A stretch of DNA of 64,000 nt. It comes from Paludibacteraceae bacterium. GTDB lineage: Bacteria; Bacteroidota; Bacteroidia; Bacteroidales; Paludibacteraceae. Positions 63,802-64,000 of the stretch are shown one piece after another. Under the pieces are notes generated by a model that did not search any database, was not told the DNA's origin, and saw only the letters and a program-made list of their open reading frames with translations. The stretch is taken from contig JAILMN010000030.1 in NCBI GenBank assembly GCA_024692565.1, positions 43 through 64,042 on the forward strand. Reading direction: 5' to 3'. How positions within the stretch are numbered: the stretch's first letter is position 1; each line of letters opens with the position of its first letter. The translations under genes and the position numbers were made by a program.

Positions 63802-64000
63802 ATAGCAACTATTACTCCCAGACCACGCGGTGGTCGAGTTATCAAAGAAGACCCGCATCGTATCAACGATAAGATACGCGGAGTCGCACAAGTACGCCTT
63901 ATTGGCGACAACGTAGAGCAAGGCATCTACTCGTATCAACAGGCTATGAAAATAGCCGATGACCAGAACCTCGACTTGGTCGAGATCGCGCCTACGGCGA
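63802..64000 (+). CDS. infC: translation initiation factor IF-3, 5' part, non-AUG start
   Basis: The frame from 63802 reads IATITPRPRGGRVIKEDPHRINDKIRGVAQVRLIGDNVEQGIYSYQQAMKIADDQNLDLVEIAPTA. There is no in-frame ATG/GTG/TTG after the stop at 63790, so the start is ATA (63802) or ATT (63811). Not in the ORF track. Confidence 0.8.
   Translation, partial: MATITPRPRGGRVIKEDPHRINDKIRGVAQVRLIGDNVEQGIYSYQQAMKIADDQNLDLVEIAPTA

Overview
This is a Bacteroidota (Bacteroidales, Prevotella-like) chromosomal segment. Nothing was searched or computed; family calls rest on motifs read in the ORF translations. The phylum call rests on canonical -33 TTTG / -7 TAnnTTTG promoters with 20-nt spacing, a lack of Shine-Dalgarno sites, a PorD/DUF4835-like gene and typical gene families.

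Most of the window is densely packed housekeeping genes: rsmE-prfA-folD-ffh, cdsA, a lipid A acyltransferase, GT2, serB-ftsY, ribBA, lptF/G, cdd, thyA-folA-ettA-tilS-aroE, recN-rarA-hemW-PBP1A, tRNA-Val, a MATE pump, sod, rubrerythrin, pssA, ampG-like, ppiD and the infC 5' end.

Two patches look accessory:
- **1-3100:** HNH endonuclease, DUF2693-like and DUF4248-like genes, plus a secreted protein.
- **About 47400-55000:** a wHTH gene, a 3' gene remnant, a Fic gene with a Q in place of the catalytic H, a 1290-aa BspA-type LRR protein, an AT-rich 205-aa ORF behind a long structured leader, and a decayed DUF1016 gene.

Features not explained by ordinary annotation:
1. A family of 7- and 8-nt tandem arrays fills whole stop-to-start spacers at about ten gene junctions, always oriented with transcription and anchored on the stop codon. 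Related copies sit inside coding sequence.
2. 10- and 11-bp phased arrays lie upstream of two promoters. An 11-mer array of the same word family is embedded in hemW.
3. A roughly 290-nt promoter-to-terminator leader has nested long-range helices and mutually exclusive hairpins. It precedes a translationally coupled ORF205-LRR pair.
4. 93-bp direct repeats bracket the DUF1016 relic at the sod 3' end.
5. Three secreted proteins share an approximately 30-aa C-terminal tail, and an orphan remnant of that tail also survives.
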